From: Nostoc carneum NIES-2107
Lineage (GTDB): Bacteria; Cyanobacteriota; Cyanobacteriia; Cyanobacteriales; Nostocaceae
Direction of reading: 5' to 3'
Assembly (NCBI GenBank): GCA_002368155.1
Contig: AP018180.1
Coordinates: 4,199,380-4,263,379 of the forward strand
Length of the DNA stretch: 64,000 nucleotides
The notes under the pieces are model-generated. The model was given only the letters and a program-made list of their open reading frames with translations. It searched no databases and was not told the DNA's origin. Positions 51,301 to 61,000 of the stretch are shown piece by piece; position 1 is the first letter of the stretch; each line of letters starts with the position of its first letter. Made by a program: the position numbers and the translations under genes.

Positions 51301-53086
51301 TGATGGTGGCGCTGGTAATGACATCATTAATGGTGGTGCTGGCAATGATTACCTTAAGGGTGGTAATGGTAGTGATACCCTTGATGGCGCTGGCGCAGCC
51401 ATCTTGAGCATTAACTCAATAGATACTCTAGTAGGTGGGTTAAATGCTGATATCTTTATCTTGGGTGACAGCCTCAAGAGTTACTACGATGATGAAGACG
51501 CTACCACTAACGGCGTAAAAGATTACGCTATCATCGACGATTTCAATCGTTTTGAAGATGTAATTCGCCTGCATGGTTCACTCGGTGAATATGTTGTTGG
51601 TGGCATTTCGGATCAATTGACAACTGTATTTAATACTAGTAATGCATCAGGTATTTATGTAGATACCGACAAAAATGGAAGCTGGAATGATACAGACGAA
51701 TTAATCGCAGTGGTGAAGAATTTAACTCCCGGTAAATTAGTGCTGAGTGGCGATTATTTTCAATACACCGATACACCAAATGCAACTGCTTGGCATCCCA
51801 GTAAAGATGCTGGCTGGGAACTAGTATTTAGCGATGAATTTAACGGTACAAGCCTATCTTTAGATAAGTGGAATACACGCTATACTCTGCAAAATTTATA
51901 TGGCGGTAGAAACAATCCCTGGAATCAGGAATTGCAATACTACGTTGGTGATAATGAAGTCATCAATGGCACAGTTTATGACGGGTTTGAATTTAAGAAT
52001 GGCACTGTCAGCATTGTTGGCAAAAAAGTTAGCACACCCATTACCGCTGCAATTGGTGAATTTGCCCTTGGTTTTGATGAGGTGAAAACATTCAATTACA
52101 CCTCCGGAATGCTTAACACTGAAAATAAAGAAGCATTCACCTATGGCTATATGGAAATTCGCGCTAAAGCACCTAGTGGACAAGGACTTTGGCCTGCCTT
52201 TTGGATGTTACCTTCTTCAGGAAAATGGCCCCCAGAAATTGATGTCATGGAGACAGTGGGGCAAAAAACAGACACTGTAATTAACTCGTTCCATTCTTTG
52301 GGTGCTGACGGTTTAAATAACGATACAGCATCTCAAAATTTCACTGGAGTTGATTTCTCTCAAGATTTCCATACCTATGGAGTTAAATGGGAAACAGACA
52401 AATTAACTTGGTACATCGATCAACACGCTGTATTTGAAACTAAAAATAATATTCCTGATGTACCAATGTACTTGTTAGCTAATCTGGCAATTGGTGGTAA
52501 ATTCCCCGGTTCTCCAGATGCAAGTACTCCCGCAATCAACAATTATGATATAGATTACGTTCGTGTTTACCAAGATGCATCGGGTAGCCTTTACGGTGGC
52601 TCTAACGATGATGTATTAGAAAAACAATTGGGCAGCATTTTTGGGTTATCAGGGAATGATGTGATCAAAGGCGGAATTGGCAATAACACCCTAGATGGTG
52701 GCGATGGCAATGATATCTTAATTGGCGTAAATACTACAGTTGCTCAACCTGGTGCTGGTGAAGTAGATACGTTAATAGGTGGTGCAGGTCAAGATAAATT
52801 CGTCTTAGGCGACAGTACCAAGTTCTATTATGACGATCGCAATAATTTAGTGACTGGTTTAGGCGGCTATGCTGTGATCAAAGATTTCAATGCAGCCCAA
52901 GATGTCATCCAGTTAAATGGTAAAGCTAGTGACTATGTACTTGGCGCAGTATCTTCTCTCAATGGTACGGGAATTTATCGCGATATTAACGGCGATCGCA
53001 CTCTCGGTTCCACAGATGAGTTAATTGCAGTCGTCCAAGGAGATACAGGATTGAATTTGACGCAGAATTCTTTCTTGTACGTTTAG
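48314..53086 (+). CDS. Giant secreted RTX (hemolysin-type calcium-binding repeat) protein with an embedded GH16 beta-glucanase (laminarinase-like) domain and additional C-terminal RTX repeats; probable T1SS substrate
   Basis: More than 100 GGxGxDxLxGG nonapeptide repeats. GH16 catalytic motif EIDVME (within [13 protein letters not shown]), plus WPAFWML. Confidence 0.8.
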   Translation: MVKKTVFLTSNADVWGGWENGIEYEVSAFEGNDKLYGYIGNDTLDGGDGDDQIYSGAGDDILIGGLGNDLLDGGDGNDILDGGLGDDTLIGGNGDDIVFGGDGNDQISGGAGNDILNGDNGNDVINGGAGYDIITGGMGNDVIDGGDGNDTIYGGDGDDGWIFGGLGNDSIDGGTGNDTIDGGDGNDTLTGGDGIDLLMGNNGNDSISGGAGNDNIDGGAGNDTISGGEGDDRINGGADNDTIWGDIGNDYIIGGLGFDTIAGGMGNDTIDGGDGNDVIAGGDGDDSWLFGGLGNDSIDGGAGNDTLDGGDGDDTLRGGDGIDVLTGNNGNDAISGGEGDDKIYGGADNDIIWGDAGNDYISGGTGNDTIYGGIGNDVIDGGDGNDVIAAGDGDDGWLFGGLGNDNIDGGTGNDTLDGGEGDDTLTGGDGIDLLMGNNGNDSISGGAGNDNIDGGAGNDVISGGEGDDKINGGADNDTIWGDLGNDYLSGGLGFDTIYGGIGNDTIDGGDGNDVIAGGDGDDSWLFGGLGNDSIDGGLGNDTLDGGDGDDTLTGGDGIDVLTGNNGNDFIAGGEGDDKIYGGADNDTIWGDAGNDYISGGTGNDTIYGGIGNDVIDGGDGNDVIAGGDGDDSWLFGGLGADNIDGGVGNDTLDGGEGDDTLTGGDGNDLLMGNNGNDLLSGGTGNDTIYGGDGNDTIWADAGNDVIAGGAGNDTIGGGAGIDNIDGGDGNDFIYGGDGDDVWLFGGLGADRIDGGAGNDTLDGGEGDDTLTGGDDNDVLRGGNGNDALYGEAGNDNIEGGFGLDTIGGGDGDDKINGGADDDTIWGDAGNDYISGGTGNDNISGGTGNDTISGGDGDDKINGGADDDTIWGDAGNDYINGGTGNDILAGGAGNDIIDGGDGNDVINGGEGDDSWLFGGLGNDKIDGDLGNDTIDGGEGDDTLLGGDGNDILTGGNGNDSLIGGAGINVLDGGEGDDTLIGGDSTDVIKAGNGNDIIDGGAGNDIINGGAGNDYLKGGNGSDTLDGAGAAILSINSIDTLVGGLNADIFILGDSLKSYYDDEDATTNGVKDYAIIDDFNRFEDVIRLHGSLGEYVVGGISDQLTTVFNTSNASGIYVDTDKNGSWNDTDELIAVVKNLTPGKLVLSGDYFQYTDTPNATAWHPSKDAGWELVFSDEFNGTSLSLDKWNTRYTLQNLYGGRNNPWNQELQYYVGDNEVINGTVYDGFEFKNGTVSIVGKKVSTPITAAIGEFALGFDEVKTFNYTSGMLNTENKEAFTYGYMEIRAKAPSGQGLWPAFWMLPSSGKWPPEIDVMETVGQKTDTVINSFHSLGADGLNNDTASQNFTGVDFSQDFHTYGVKWETDKLTWYIDQHAVFETKNNIPDVPMYLLANLAIGGKFPGSPDASTPAINNYDIDYVRVYQDASGSLYGGSNDDVLEKQLGSIFGLSGNDVIKGGIGNNTLDGGDGNDILIGVNTTVAQPGAGEVDTLIGGAGQDKFVLGDSTKFYYDDRNNLVTGLGGYAVIKDFNAAQDVIQLNGKASDYVLGAVSSLNGTGIYRDINGDRTLGSTDELIAVVQGDTGLNLTQNSFLYV
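48420..51400. repeat. Intragenic tandem array of RTX nonapeptide units organised into higher-order repeats of roughly 350-380 bp (~120 aa); about 8 copies
   Basis: The block [48 protein letters not shown] recurs with near identity at the DNA level. Confidence 0.8.
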
Positions 53087-53087
53087 G

Positions 53088-53235
53088 TTGGGGATTGGGG
53101 ATTGGGGATTGGGGACTGGGGACTGGGGACTGGGGACTGGGGACTGGGGACTGGGGATTGGGGACTGGGGACTGGGAATGAAGGAGAAATGTCTATTACC
53201 AATTACCAATTACCCATTACCAATTACCAATTACC
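53088..53235. repeat. STRR block ((GGGGATT/GGGGACT)n ... (CCAATTA/CCCATTA)n)
   Basis: Tandem heptamers visible directly. Confidence 0.85.
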
Positions 53236-53333
53236 AATTACCCATTCCCCAAACTTTGTATAAATCGTGAACATCTGGCTGACAAAGAGCGACAATTATC
53301 TTGCTTTTGTTAATGTCACATAAATAAATAACA

Positions 53334-54365
53334 ATGAAGTTCAGCGAAATTGTCAGCCGATTTGGTGATATTGTTACTGACCACAGCCTCAACAGCAACC
53401 CCAACAGCGATCCAGAGATTTCAGGGTTAGCATCTATTGATGAAGCGAATAGTAGCACTCTTAGCTATATAGAAGGGCCAAAATTCTTTTCTTGGGTGGG
53501 TAAAACTAATGCTGGTGCGTTGATTTTACCCGAGGACAAAACCTTACAGGCGCAAGCACAAGAACGGAATATTGTTTGGGTAGCCACCAAAGAACCGCGC
53601 TTGTTGTTTGCTAAAGCGATCGCAGTTTATTATCAACCATACCGCCCCAGCCCGGAAATTCATCCTACAGCGGTAATTGACCCCACCGCCGAAATTGGTA
53701 GTGATGTTTACATTGGCCCCCATGTAGTCATTCAGCAGCGAGTAAAAATTGGCAATGGTGCGATTATTCACCCAAATGTCGTCATTTATCCCGATGTCAC
53801 CATTGGCGATCGCACTACCTTACACGCTAACTGTACCATCCACGAACGCAGCCAAATTGGTGCAGATTGTTTTATTCATAGCGGTGTCGTCATTGGTGCT
53901 GAAGGGTTTGGCTATGTACCTACCCGCACTGGTTGGGTAAAAATGCAACAATCCGGCTACACTGTTTTAGAAGACCGCGTAGAAGTTGGTTCTAACAGTG
54001 CCATTGACCGCCCCGCAGTGGGAGAAACTAGGATAGGTCACGATACAATCATTGATAACTTAGTGCAAATTGGTCACGGTTGCAAAATTGGCTATGGTTG
54101 CGCGATCGCTGGGCAAGCTGGAATGGCTGGTGGCGTACAAATTGGTAATCGCGTCATCCTAGCTGGACAAACTGGAATCGCCAATCAAGTCAAAATTGGA
54201 GACGGTGCGATCGCATCAGCGCAAGCAGGAGTTCATAATGATGTTGCACCAGGAGAAATTGTCTCTGGTACTCCCGCCATTCCCCACAAACTATATCTCA
54301 AGGTATGTGCGATTTATAATCGACTACCAGAAATGTATAAAGCGCTGAAGCAATTTCAACGTTAA
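53334..54365 (+). CDS. lpxD: UDP-3-O-(3-hydroxyacyl)glucosamine N-acyltransferase
   Basis: N-terminal LpxD domain plus a long left-handed beta-helix (IGDRTTLHANCTI, IGADCFIHSGVVIG, IGHGCKIGYGCAIAG). Confidence 0.85.
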   Translation: MKFSEIVSRFGDIVTDHSLNSNPNSDPEISGLASIDEANSSTLSYIEGPKFFSWVGKTNAGALILPEDKTLQAQAQERNIVWVATKEPRLLFAKAIAVYYQPYRPSPEIHPTAVIDPTAEIGSDVYIGPHVVIQQRVKIGNGAIIHPNVVIYPDVTIGDRTTLHANCTIHERSQIGADCFIHSGVVIGAEGFGYVPTRTGWVKMQQSGYTVLEDRVEVGSNSAIDRPAVGETRIGHDTIIDNLVQIGHGCKIGYGCAIAGQAGMAGGVQIGNRVILAGQTGIANQVKIGDGAIASAQAGVHNDVAPGEIVSGTPAIPHKLYLKVCAIYNRLPEMYKALKQFQR

Positions 54366-54400
54366 GAACAAAAATAAACAATTTACGAGGCTATTAGCTT

Positions 54401-54690
54401 CGTGAATGAGGCTTTTATCCTCGTGAATGAGCTTTTTATCCTCGTGAATGAGCTTTTTATCCTCGTGAATGAGGCTTTTATCCTCATTAATGAGCTTTTT
54501 ATCCTCGTGAATGAGGCTATTATCCTCGTGAATGAGCTTTTTATCCTCGTGAATGAGGCTTTTATCCTCATTAATGAGCTTTTTATCCTCGTGAATGAGG
54601 CTATTATCCTCGTGAATGAGCTTTTTATCCTCGTGAATGAGGCTTTTATCCTCATTAATGAGCTTTTTATCCTCATTAACCAATATCAAA
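54401..54690. repeat. Tandem repeat with a 21-bp unit (CGTGAATGAGSYTWTTATCCT) in ~14 copies, arranged as a higher-order 84-bp repeat in 3 copies
   Basis: Unit variants A/B/C/D visible directly. The order A-C-D-B recurs three times. Both strands are stop-free across the array. Confidence 0.85.
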
Positions 54691-54925
54691 TCTTGACTCT
54701 CGATACAAACTAGTCATTGCAGGTGAAGCGATCGCAATAACTGTAAATATTTTTGCACCTGTACCGGCTTAAAGTGGGAAAATATCCAAAAAATCATCAA
54801 GGCGTTCGCGAAGCGTGTGCGAAGCACTCTCGCATCTTCCTTATCTTCATCGCCTTTCTTCTCTAGGTAACCAAACAAAAATCATCCTGTGCAACAATAG
54901 CTGTAACTTTGTACAAGTAAAAATT

Positions 54926-55120
54926 ATGGACTGGCAACAGTACATTCATTCAGACCCAAAAATTTTGCTGGGTAAGCCGACTGTCAAAGGAACTCGTTTA
55001 TCTGTAGAGTTCTTGTTGGGTTTGTTTGCAGCGGGATGGACAGAACAACAAGTGCTAGAAAACTATCCCACCTTGACAAAAGAAGCATTAAGGGCAGTGT
55101 TCGCTTTTACAGCAGAGTGA
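54926..55120 (+). CDS. DUF433-domain protein (antitoxin-like), orphan copy
   Basis: MDWQQYIHSDPKILLGKPTVKGTRLSVEFLL matches the DUF433 core (G.P...GTR). The tracked ORF starts at 54815; the internal ATG at 54926 is likelier. Confidence 0.5.
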   Translation: MDWQQYIHSDPKILLGKPTVKGTRLSVEFLLGLFAAGWTEQQVLENYPTLTKEALRAVFAFTAE

Positions 55121-55130
55121 TTTCGGGAAT

Positions 55131-55451
55131 TTATAGTGTAATTTTAACTACATTACCCTTTTGAATTGTTGCCAAAGCTTCTTGAACTTTGGGCATTAAA
55201 GGTTTCAGAACTTCTAAACGATTGCTGGGAGATACCAGTACGATAATAGCTAGGTCGATATTATTCAAATTTTGTTGCGCTGTTAGATTTTGATCAATGG
55301 TGATGAAGACATCAAACTCTGTCTTTGCTGACCCCAGTAACTCACCATTCTTTTTACCTGCCCATCCTTGCTCCGATACAGTGACAATCTCATGACCTGT
55401 GATTTCCCGCTTTAATTTTTTGGGTAGGCATTCATCAAGCAGCACTTTCAT
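55131..55451 (-). CDS. DUF5615-family PIN-like protein (putative toxin partner of DUF433)
   Basis: MKVLLDECLP start typical of DUF5615. Overlaps the upstream DUF433 gene by 17 nt. Confidence 0.6.
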   Translation of the reverse strand: MKVLLDECLPKKLKREITGHEIVTVSEQGWAGKKNGELLGSAKTEFDVFITIDQNLTAQQNLNNIDLAIIVLVSPSNRLEVLKPLMPKVQEALATIQKGNVVKITL

Positions 55452-55656
55452 AAGAAGATAATACCTTTTTCAGAGCTAGCTTGAGAAAAGTTGTTGCCTG
55501 TACGCGGCTCACAGTGGGAAAATCTTCTAAAAATTCATCAAGGCGATCGCCTGCTTCGAGATAATCAATTAATGTTTGTATCGGTACACGAGTTCCATAA
55601 AAGACGGGTGTACCCGAAAGAATTTCCGGAGAAGTCTGTATTAGTTGAGATTCCAT
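55435..55656 (-). CDS. DUF433-domain protein (putative antitoxin)
   Basis: ILSGTPVFYGTRVPIQTLIDYLEAG matches the DUF433 core. Forms an overlapping pair with the DUF5615 gene. Confidence 0.65.
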   Translation of the reverse strand: MESQLIQTSPEILSGTPVFYGTRVPIQTLIDYLEAGDRLDEFLEDFPTVSRVQATTFLKLALKKVLSSYESAA

Positions 55657-55748
55657 ATCACACCTAGCTGTTTGATATTAAAGGACTGCCTTGTCAGCCA
55701 TTAATTTAAGATTAACGCGATCGCACTCCCTCATCGCCTTCATCGCCC

Positions 55749-58700
55749 TCATCCCTCCACAAATTGACTGCGGTCAAACAACCACCCATCGCCGACAATC
55801 TCCTCTAGGCGTTGATTGAGTCGGGGAAGGAAATATTCTGGATCGTTCAGCCGTTGCTTGACAAACCAAGCAGTATTAGCTTGTTGTCTTTCAATGCCTT
55901 GGGCTTCTGCCAATGCTATTATCATACTGCCACCAAGAATTTGGAGTTCTTTAAACTGGGGATGATCTTTGTCTAGCTGATCGCAAAAAAGCAAAGTAGT
56001 TGCTGTTAGCAAGGCTTGAAGTTCATTTCCTTGAGGTAAAGCCTCATAGAGATGAGAGAAGATGGTCATTGTATTTGGTAAGGGTACCTGAATTTTGAGA
56101 CAGAGCCAAGTCGCTTGAGCAAAGTAAATTAAACCTTTGCTTTTATCTGCTTCACCTAAATTAGTTATTACTGTAACCACATGCCTATAAGCTCGAATCT
56201 TTACAAATAACTGGAGTGCTTGTAGATTTAAATCTAACTGTCTATCTTTATCTCCTGTCTTGCCTGCAATATAAGCAAGATTTGTTAGAATTTCGCCTTG
56301 AGATCTAAAGTCACCAATACCCTGACTTATTTTTAAAGATTCGTGCCACAAAGACACTGCTCGTTGAATATCTCCTAAATCAGCAATTGCCTTTGCTATG
56401 TTGTTCAGTGTGGCAGATTTGTTACTAAAATCGCCAACAGATTCTAATAGCTCTAAAGTTTGTTGATACAAGAAAAGCGCTCGTTCAATGTCTCCTTGTT
56501 GGGCTATTACTCCTGCCATGTTGTGGAGAGTGATAGCTTTTCCTTGGTCATCACCAATGTGCTCACTTATTTCCAAAGACTGCTGGTACAAGGAAAGCGC
56601 TCGTTCAATGTCTCCTTGTTGGGCTATTACCCATGCTAAATTGCCTAGGGTTCCGGCTTTTTCCGTGAAATCATCATCAGGGCAAAGGTTTAAGGCTTGC
56701 TGATAGTGACTAACAGCATATTCAACGAAGCCCAAAAAGTATTCCGCACGAGCGATGGTTCCTAAGATGCGGTAGTCCTGAAAAACTGCCAAAACTTGCT
56801 GGCATAGCTGTACAGCTTCCAAAAAGCGAGAATTGTTTACCCAATCAGTAGCAACAATATCGCTAACTTTGGCAGCAATCTCTTGTTCTCCAGCTATTAG
56901 TCCTAAACGCAAAACCTCTAATGCCTGTTCGTCCGTACATGAGTGATTAGACTCCTCCCACCAAGCTTGATGAATTTTCTTCACCGCTTGCTGTCGAGTT
57001 GCTTGCCATTCCTCCTCAGTTAACACTGGTGCTAACAACGGTTCTAAAATTGTCGTCACCCGGTAATTAACTGGCTGGTTGGGGTGAGTGGTAGCAGATT
57101 CAACTAAACTAAGGCTGGTTAACTTGCCCAAAACTGCCAAGTCATTGACGGGAGAAATTACCCGCACAATCTCCTCACTCACCGGCAAATTAAACACACT
57201 CAACCGCGCCAGAAACTTTTGCTCCTCCACCTCCAACGCATCCAGCAGAGTTTGCGCCAACACATCCTCGCGGAATTTCTCCTCAGTCGCTTCCAACCGA
57301 TTCAGCAATTCATCCTTTGCCAATCCTGGCTGCTGCATCACCTCCAAAAGCCACTTCAACAACCGGGGATTTCCATCCGCAATCTTGAGAATCCGTTGCG
57401 TTCTTAACTGCTGCTTGACTTCCTTATCTAAAGCAAAGCAAATTTTATCAATATCACTGCTACTCATCCCCGCCAAAGATTCCAAGTGCAGGCGATGGGG
57501 TGGTAAAACATCTGGCTTTAAATAACGACAGGTAACAATCAGCCGACTTTCTCCCCCATTCTCCGCCAATGCCGCACAAATCGCCGCTAAAATCTCATAA
57601 GCCTGTGCCGTCATCCGCAGCGAACCATCCTCAATATTAGCTTTAGGGATATTTTGCTCAAAGTCGTCCAGCACCAGCAGCAAAGGTTGATTGTGTTCTT
57701 GTTCAATCGCCGCAAAAAAGTTTTGCAACCGCCCTTCAAGAGATACATTTGGTTCATTCAACAGTGCGGGAACATCAGCAAACCGCTGAAACTTACGAGA
57801 AAGCTGATTCAGCAAACCGCTTTCATCCAAAGGGCCAATCAACACTACCCGCGCCAAGTTGTTACGCTGCGCCTCAACCCGCGTACATAACCGCGCCGCC
57901 AGGGTACTTTTCCCCAGCCCCCCCATCCCCGCAATAAATACGCCGATATAGTCGCTAGTTTCCCGCAAAGCCTGCAAACACCGTTGCAAAGCGCGTCTGC
58001 GTCCCACAAATTCAAACCTACTAGCAACTTTCACTAGATTATTCTCATCCAGAAATTCTTGCTCTGGGACTGTAAATCTCAGCTTTTCGCGCTTTGGCGT
58101 TCTCAGTGGTGTTACTAGTTCCGCAATCTCTCGCGTATCTCTATACACCCGCAATAAATGCCAGTCCGTGCATTCTTGAGCAATCATCTCCTGCTGTGCC
58201 GCTTTCACAGCCGCTTCCACCGTCGCCCCCGTCGCCAAAGCTTGATATAGTGACTGTGCCGCCACAATACCCGTAGTATCTAACACCGGACGCGCCCAGC
58301 CTAAAACCATACCCGCCCCCGCCTTCACCAAAGCCTGCGCCATTGAAGGTACAGTTCCTTTGTTAGAAACCTGTCCCGTATGACAGCCCGAAAGAAAAGT
58401 TACCCGCGGCCAGCGTCCCCGAAAGGCTCTAGCTAAATCATTGACGGTAGTAAGTTGCACATTCCCCACCTCATCCTCAGTAATAAAGCAGGGAGTATTA
58501 TCTGGAAGGGTTTTCCCCTTTGGCAGCAAATTGGGAAAATCTTTTTGGGTATAAATTATCCCGTGTCCCGTGAGGTGAAAGACATCAAAATAATCTTCGG
58601 GGTAAGACTTCACCAAATTCGCCAACTCAGCCACCGAGCCACTTTCCTCAACAATCAACGCCAAGGGCTGATCCTTAGTAGCTTGTAAAATATTCGCTTC

Positions 58701-59219
58701 CTCGCGCTCAAACCCCAAAGGCGGAACTCTGGGATCTTCCGGCGCAGTCGCCATAAACAGCAACCGCAACGGGCGATTTTGCACACCAATCACCTGAGTT
58801 TGACGCTGCTGCACAGCACGCACAGGTAACACAGAAATATCCTGGCGTTGCAGTAAAAACCCATTGCCATCATGTAACAATTCCCAAGGTAAATGCGCCA
58901 ATCCCAACGCCACCCGTTCTGTATCTGCGTTTAAGCCTTGGGCTTCACTAGTTTGAATCAAATCTAAATAAATAGTCTGCTCATCCGCCTCATCCAGCGC
59001 TTTTCTCAGCCACCCTTCCTTCCCATCCAGCCATTGATAAAGTCGCCGTCCCAACTGAGTGAGATAAGATAAGCGGTCTACTTGTTGCGTGTAATAATTT
59101 TGCTCAGACAAATCTATCAGTGCTGCTAACTCCGTCTTATCCAAGCGCCGCGAACCATAATTACAGCGCAATTCAAAAGTTTGCTGTTGACTCAGGGCAA
59201 AGGTGAAAGTCAAAGACAT
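55749..59219 (-). CDS. CHAT (caspase-like protease) - NB-ARC/AAA ATPase - TPR tripartite STAND protein
   Basis: CHAT His/Cys dyad (FHLTGHG ... FLSGCHTG); P-loop GMGGLGKSTLA; seven or more TPR-like repeats (LGNLAWVIAQQGDIERALSLYQQSLEI...). The tracked ORF extends to 59303 but the first 28 codons translate an STRR block; the start is more likely at 59219 (MSLTF...). Confidence 0.8.
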   Translation of the reverse strand: MSLTFTFALSQQQTFELRCNYGSRRLDKTELAALIDLSEQNYYTQQVDRLSYLTQLGRRLYQWLDGKEGWLRKALDEADEQTIYLDLIQTSEAQGLNADTERVALGLAHLPWELLHDGNGFLLQRQDISVLPVRAVQQRQTQVIGVQNRPLRLLFMATAPEDPRVPPLGFEREEANILQATKDQPLALIVEESGSVAELANLVKSYPEDYFDVFHLTGHGIIYTQKDFPNLLPKGKTLPDNTPCFITEDEVGNVQLTTVNDLARAFRGRWPRVTFLSGCHTGQVSNKGTVPSMAQALVKAGAGMVLGWARPVLDTTGIVAAQSLYQALATGATVEAAVKAAQQEMIAQECTDWHLLRVYRDTREIAELVTPLRTPKREKLRFTVPEQEFLDENNLVKVASRFEFVGRRRALQRCLQALRETSDYIGVFIAGMGGLGKSTLAARLCTRVEAQRNNLARVVLIGPLDESGLLNQLSRKFQRFADVPALLNEPNVSLEGRLQNFFAAIEQEHNQPLLLVLDDFEQNIPKANIEDGSLRMTAQAYEILAAICAALAENGGESRLIVTCRYLKPDVLPPHRLHLESLAGMSSSDIDKICFALDKEVKQQLRTQRILKIADGNPRLLKWLLEVMQQPGLAKDELLNRLEATEEKFREDVLAQTLLDALEVEEQKFLARLSVFNLPVSEEIVRVISPVNDLAVLGKLTSLSLVESATTHPNQPVNYRVTTILEPLLAPVLTEEEWQATRQQAVKKIHQAWWEESNHSCTDEQALEVLRLGLIAGEQEIAAKVSDIVATDWVNNSRFLEAVQLCQQVLAVFQDYRILGTIARAEYFLGFVEYAVSHYQQALNLCPDDDFTEKAGTLGNLAWVIAQQGDIERALSLYQQSLEISEHIGDDQGKAITLHNMAGVIAQQGDIERALFLYQQTLELLESVGDFSNKSATLNNIAKAIADLGDIQRAVSLWHESLKISQGIGDFRSQGEILTNLAYIAGKTGDKDRQLDLNLQALQLFVKIRAYRHVVTVITNLGEADKSKGLIYFAQATWLCLKIQVPLPNTMTIFSHLYEALPQGNELQALLTATTLLFCDQLDKDHPQFKELQILGGSMIIALAEAQGIERQQANTAWFVKQRLNDPEYFLPRLNQRLEEIVGDGWLFDRSQFVEG

Positions 59220-59220
59220 A

Positions 59221-59290
59221 GGGATTGGGGATTGGGGACTGGGGATTGGGGATTGGGGACTGGGGATTTGGGATTTGGGACTGGGACAAG
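59221..59290. repeat. STRR block (GGGGATT/GGGGACT/GGGATTT heptamers)
   Basis: Tandem heptamers visible directly. Confidence 0.85.
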
Positions 59291-59325
59291 GGGGAGAAAT
59301 CATTAATGACTAATGACTTTTGAGT

Positions 59326-59349
59326 AAAGACGCGATTAATCGCGTCTTT
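59326..59349. terminator. Perfect 24-bp palindrome AAAGACGCGATTAATCGCGTCTTT (copy 2 of the dispersed palindrome), flanked by (GTCAAAA)n heptamers; candidate bidirectional intrinsic terminator
   Basis: Perfect inverted repeat with T-rich flanks, ~45 nt downstream of the stop of the minus-strand HdrB-like gene. Confidence 0.45.
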
Positions 59350-59393
59350 GTGACTTTTGACTTTTGACTTTTGACCCTTGACTCTTGACCTTA

Positions 59394-60323
59394 CTAAAAT
59401 CCTAATTTCTCCAAAACTGGCTTTGTCGAAACAATATGTTTATCTAAACCTAATTCTTTAGGACTAACGCCTAAAGCCAAAGCAATTAATTGCGGTAAAT
59501 GTAATACTGGCAAACCTAGCTGTTTCTCAATTACCTTTTCTACCTCTGGCTGACGAGAATCTAAATTTAGGTGACACAAAGGACAAGGAGTAACCATACA
59601 ATCAGCACCAGAGGCTAAAGCATCTTGAATATGTTTCCCCGCCATTTGGAAAGATTCAGTAGTGGCGTAACTGGATAAAGGCCAGCCACAACATTGTGTG
59701 CGACCTCGGTAATAAACTGGTTCTGCACCTACAGCCCTAAATACATTTTCCATTGCTTCTGGGTTGAAGGGATCATCATAAGGCATAGATTTTTGGGCGC
59801 GCAGGAGATAGCAACCGTAAAAAGCCGCGCATTTTAAACCGCTTAACTTGCGGGTGACGCGTTTGGTAATCTCTTCTATACCGTAATCTGTAACTAAGGC
59901 ATAAAGCAGATGTTTAACTTCTGTATTACCGCGATAAGGTAAACAGCCTTCTTTTGCCAATAATCCATTCACTTGCTCAATATATGCTGGGTTTTTGGTC
60001 TGACATTCTTTTAACCGTTCATCAACATGACCGATAACACCTTGGCAAGTGCTGCAATGAGTAAGTAAAGGTAAATTCAACTCTTCTGCTAAAGCAATAT
60101 TGCGCGCATTAACTGTATCTTCTAACAGTTGGGAATCTTCTTTAAAAGTACCCGAACCACAGCAAGCAGCTTTTTTCAGTTCAATTAATTCAATACCTAA
60201 AGCTTTGGTTAATGCTTGAGTTGATTGGTACAGTTCCCGACAAGCACCTTGAGCAACACAACCAGGAAAGTAAGCGTATTTTAGACTTTGAGATAGCATA
60301 GAACTATAGCAGGTTGAGAACAA
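59394..60323 (-). CDS. Heterodisulfide-reductase-subunit-B-like protein with two CCG domains (HdrB/SdhC-type)
   Basis: Two CX(n)CCX(n)CXXC cysteine-rich motifs (FPGC...CCGSG...C.TC and AAFYGC...CCGWP...PCPLC). An alternative start at 60299 is possible. Confidence 0.7.
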   Translation of the reverse strand: MFSTCYSSMLSQSLKYAYFPGCVAQGACRELYQSTQALTKALGIELIELKKAACCGSGTFKEDSQLLEDTVNARNIALAEELNLPLLTHCSTCQGVIGHVDERLKECQTKNPAYIEQVNGLLAKEGCLPYRGNTEVKHLLYALVTDYGIEEITKRVTRKLSGLKCAAFYGCYLLRAQKSMPYDDPFNPEAMENVFRAVGAEPVYYRGRTQCCGWPLSSYATTESFQMAGKHIQDALASGADCMVTPCPLCHLNLDSRQPEVEKVIEKQLGLPVLHLPQLIALALGVSPKELGLDKHIVSTKPVLEKLGF

Positions 60324-60734
60324 TTGCCCTCAACAATAAATTTTTGATTCCCTTGCCAGTGTACATTGCAAGGCTATGTATCGGGATTTGGACATTGTAA
60401 AAAAAATCAGTAAGAATTGCAAAACAGACAAATGTTGAGAGTAGATACAATTGCTTTGCGGATTCTGTTGCCCTAGCTTGCTCCTCAGGAGCGAGTTGAG
60501 CGATTTTCACGCAGAAAATGCCTCAGTAACATCCCCAGCATTATCTAGCGGAGTTTGGTGCCTAAATGCTCATTAAGAGTTATTTTATGCCGCAAATACA
60601 CTTGTTCAGGTTTTGTTTTGGGAAAACTCTGTGGCAGTATACGGGCGATCGCGCTTTCCGATAAGATGTATATGCTCAAAACAATGTCGCCTACAAAGAA
60701 CAGATCATAGCAACTGGTTAAGGAAATTTTATCT

Positions 60735-60986
60735 ATGAGCCAAGCGGAAACTTTTGAAAGAGTCAAGAAAGTCGTTGTCGATCAACTAGGTGTTGAGGCC
60801 GATACTATCAAACCACAATCTACATTTATTGATGATTTAGGAGCTGACTCCTTAGATATCGTGGAGTTAGTAATGGCTTTTGAAGAAGAATTTGATATTG
60901 AAATTCCCGATGAATCCGCTGAAAAGATTTTATCGGTTCAAGATGCAGTGGATTATATCAACAGCAAGGCTGCTGCTTCTGCCTGA
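60735..60986 (+). CDS. acpP: Acyl carrier protein
   Basis: [19 protein letters not shown] phosphopantetheine-attachment motif; 83 aa. Confidence 0.9.
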   Translation: MSQAETFERVKKVVVDQLGVEADTIKPQSTFIDDLGADSLDIVELVMAFEEEFDIEIPDESAEKILSVQDAVDYINSKAAASA

Positions 60987-61000
60987 AAAGTGTTTGGGTA

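Noticed and set aside
48769-51345. Multiple 60-134-aa ORFs on the minus strand (Pro/Ser-rich, e.g. 48769-49059, 49423-49749, 50941-51345) and + strand Met/Val-rich ORFs inside the RTX gene
   Set aside because: They are alternative-frame or antisense read-throughs of the GGT/GAT-rich nonapeptide repeat DNA, which lacks stop codons. They have no independent start context or composition typical of real proteins.
54401-54690. Possible CRISPR array
   Set aside because: It is a tandem repeat with no intervening unique spacers, a 21-bp unit without CRISPR-like dyad symmetry, and no cas genes nearby.
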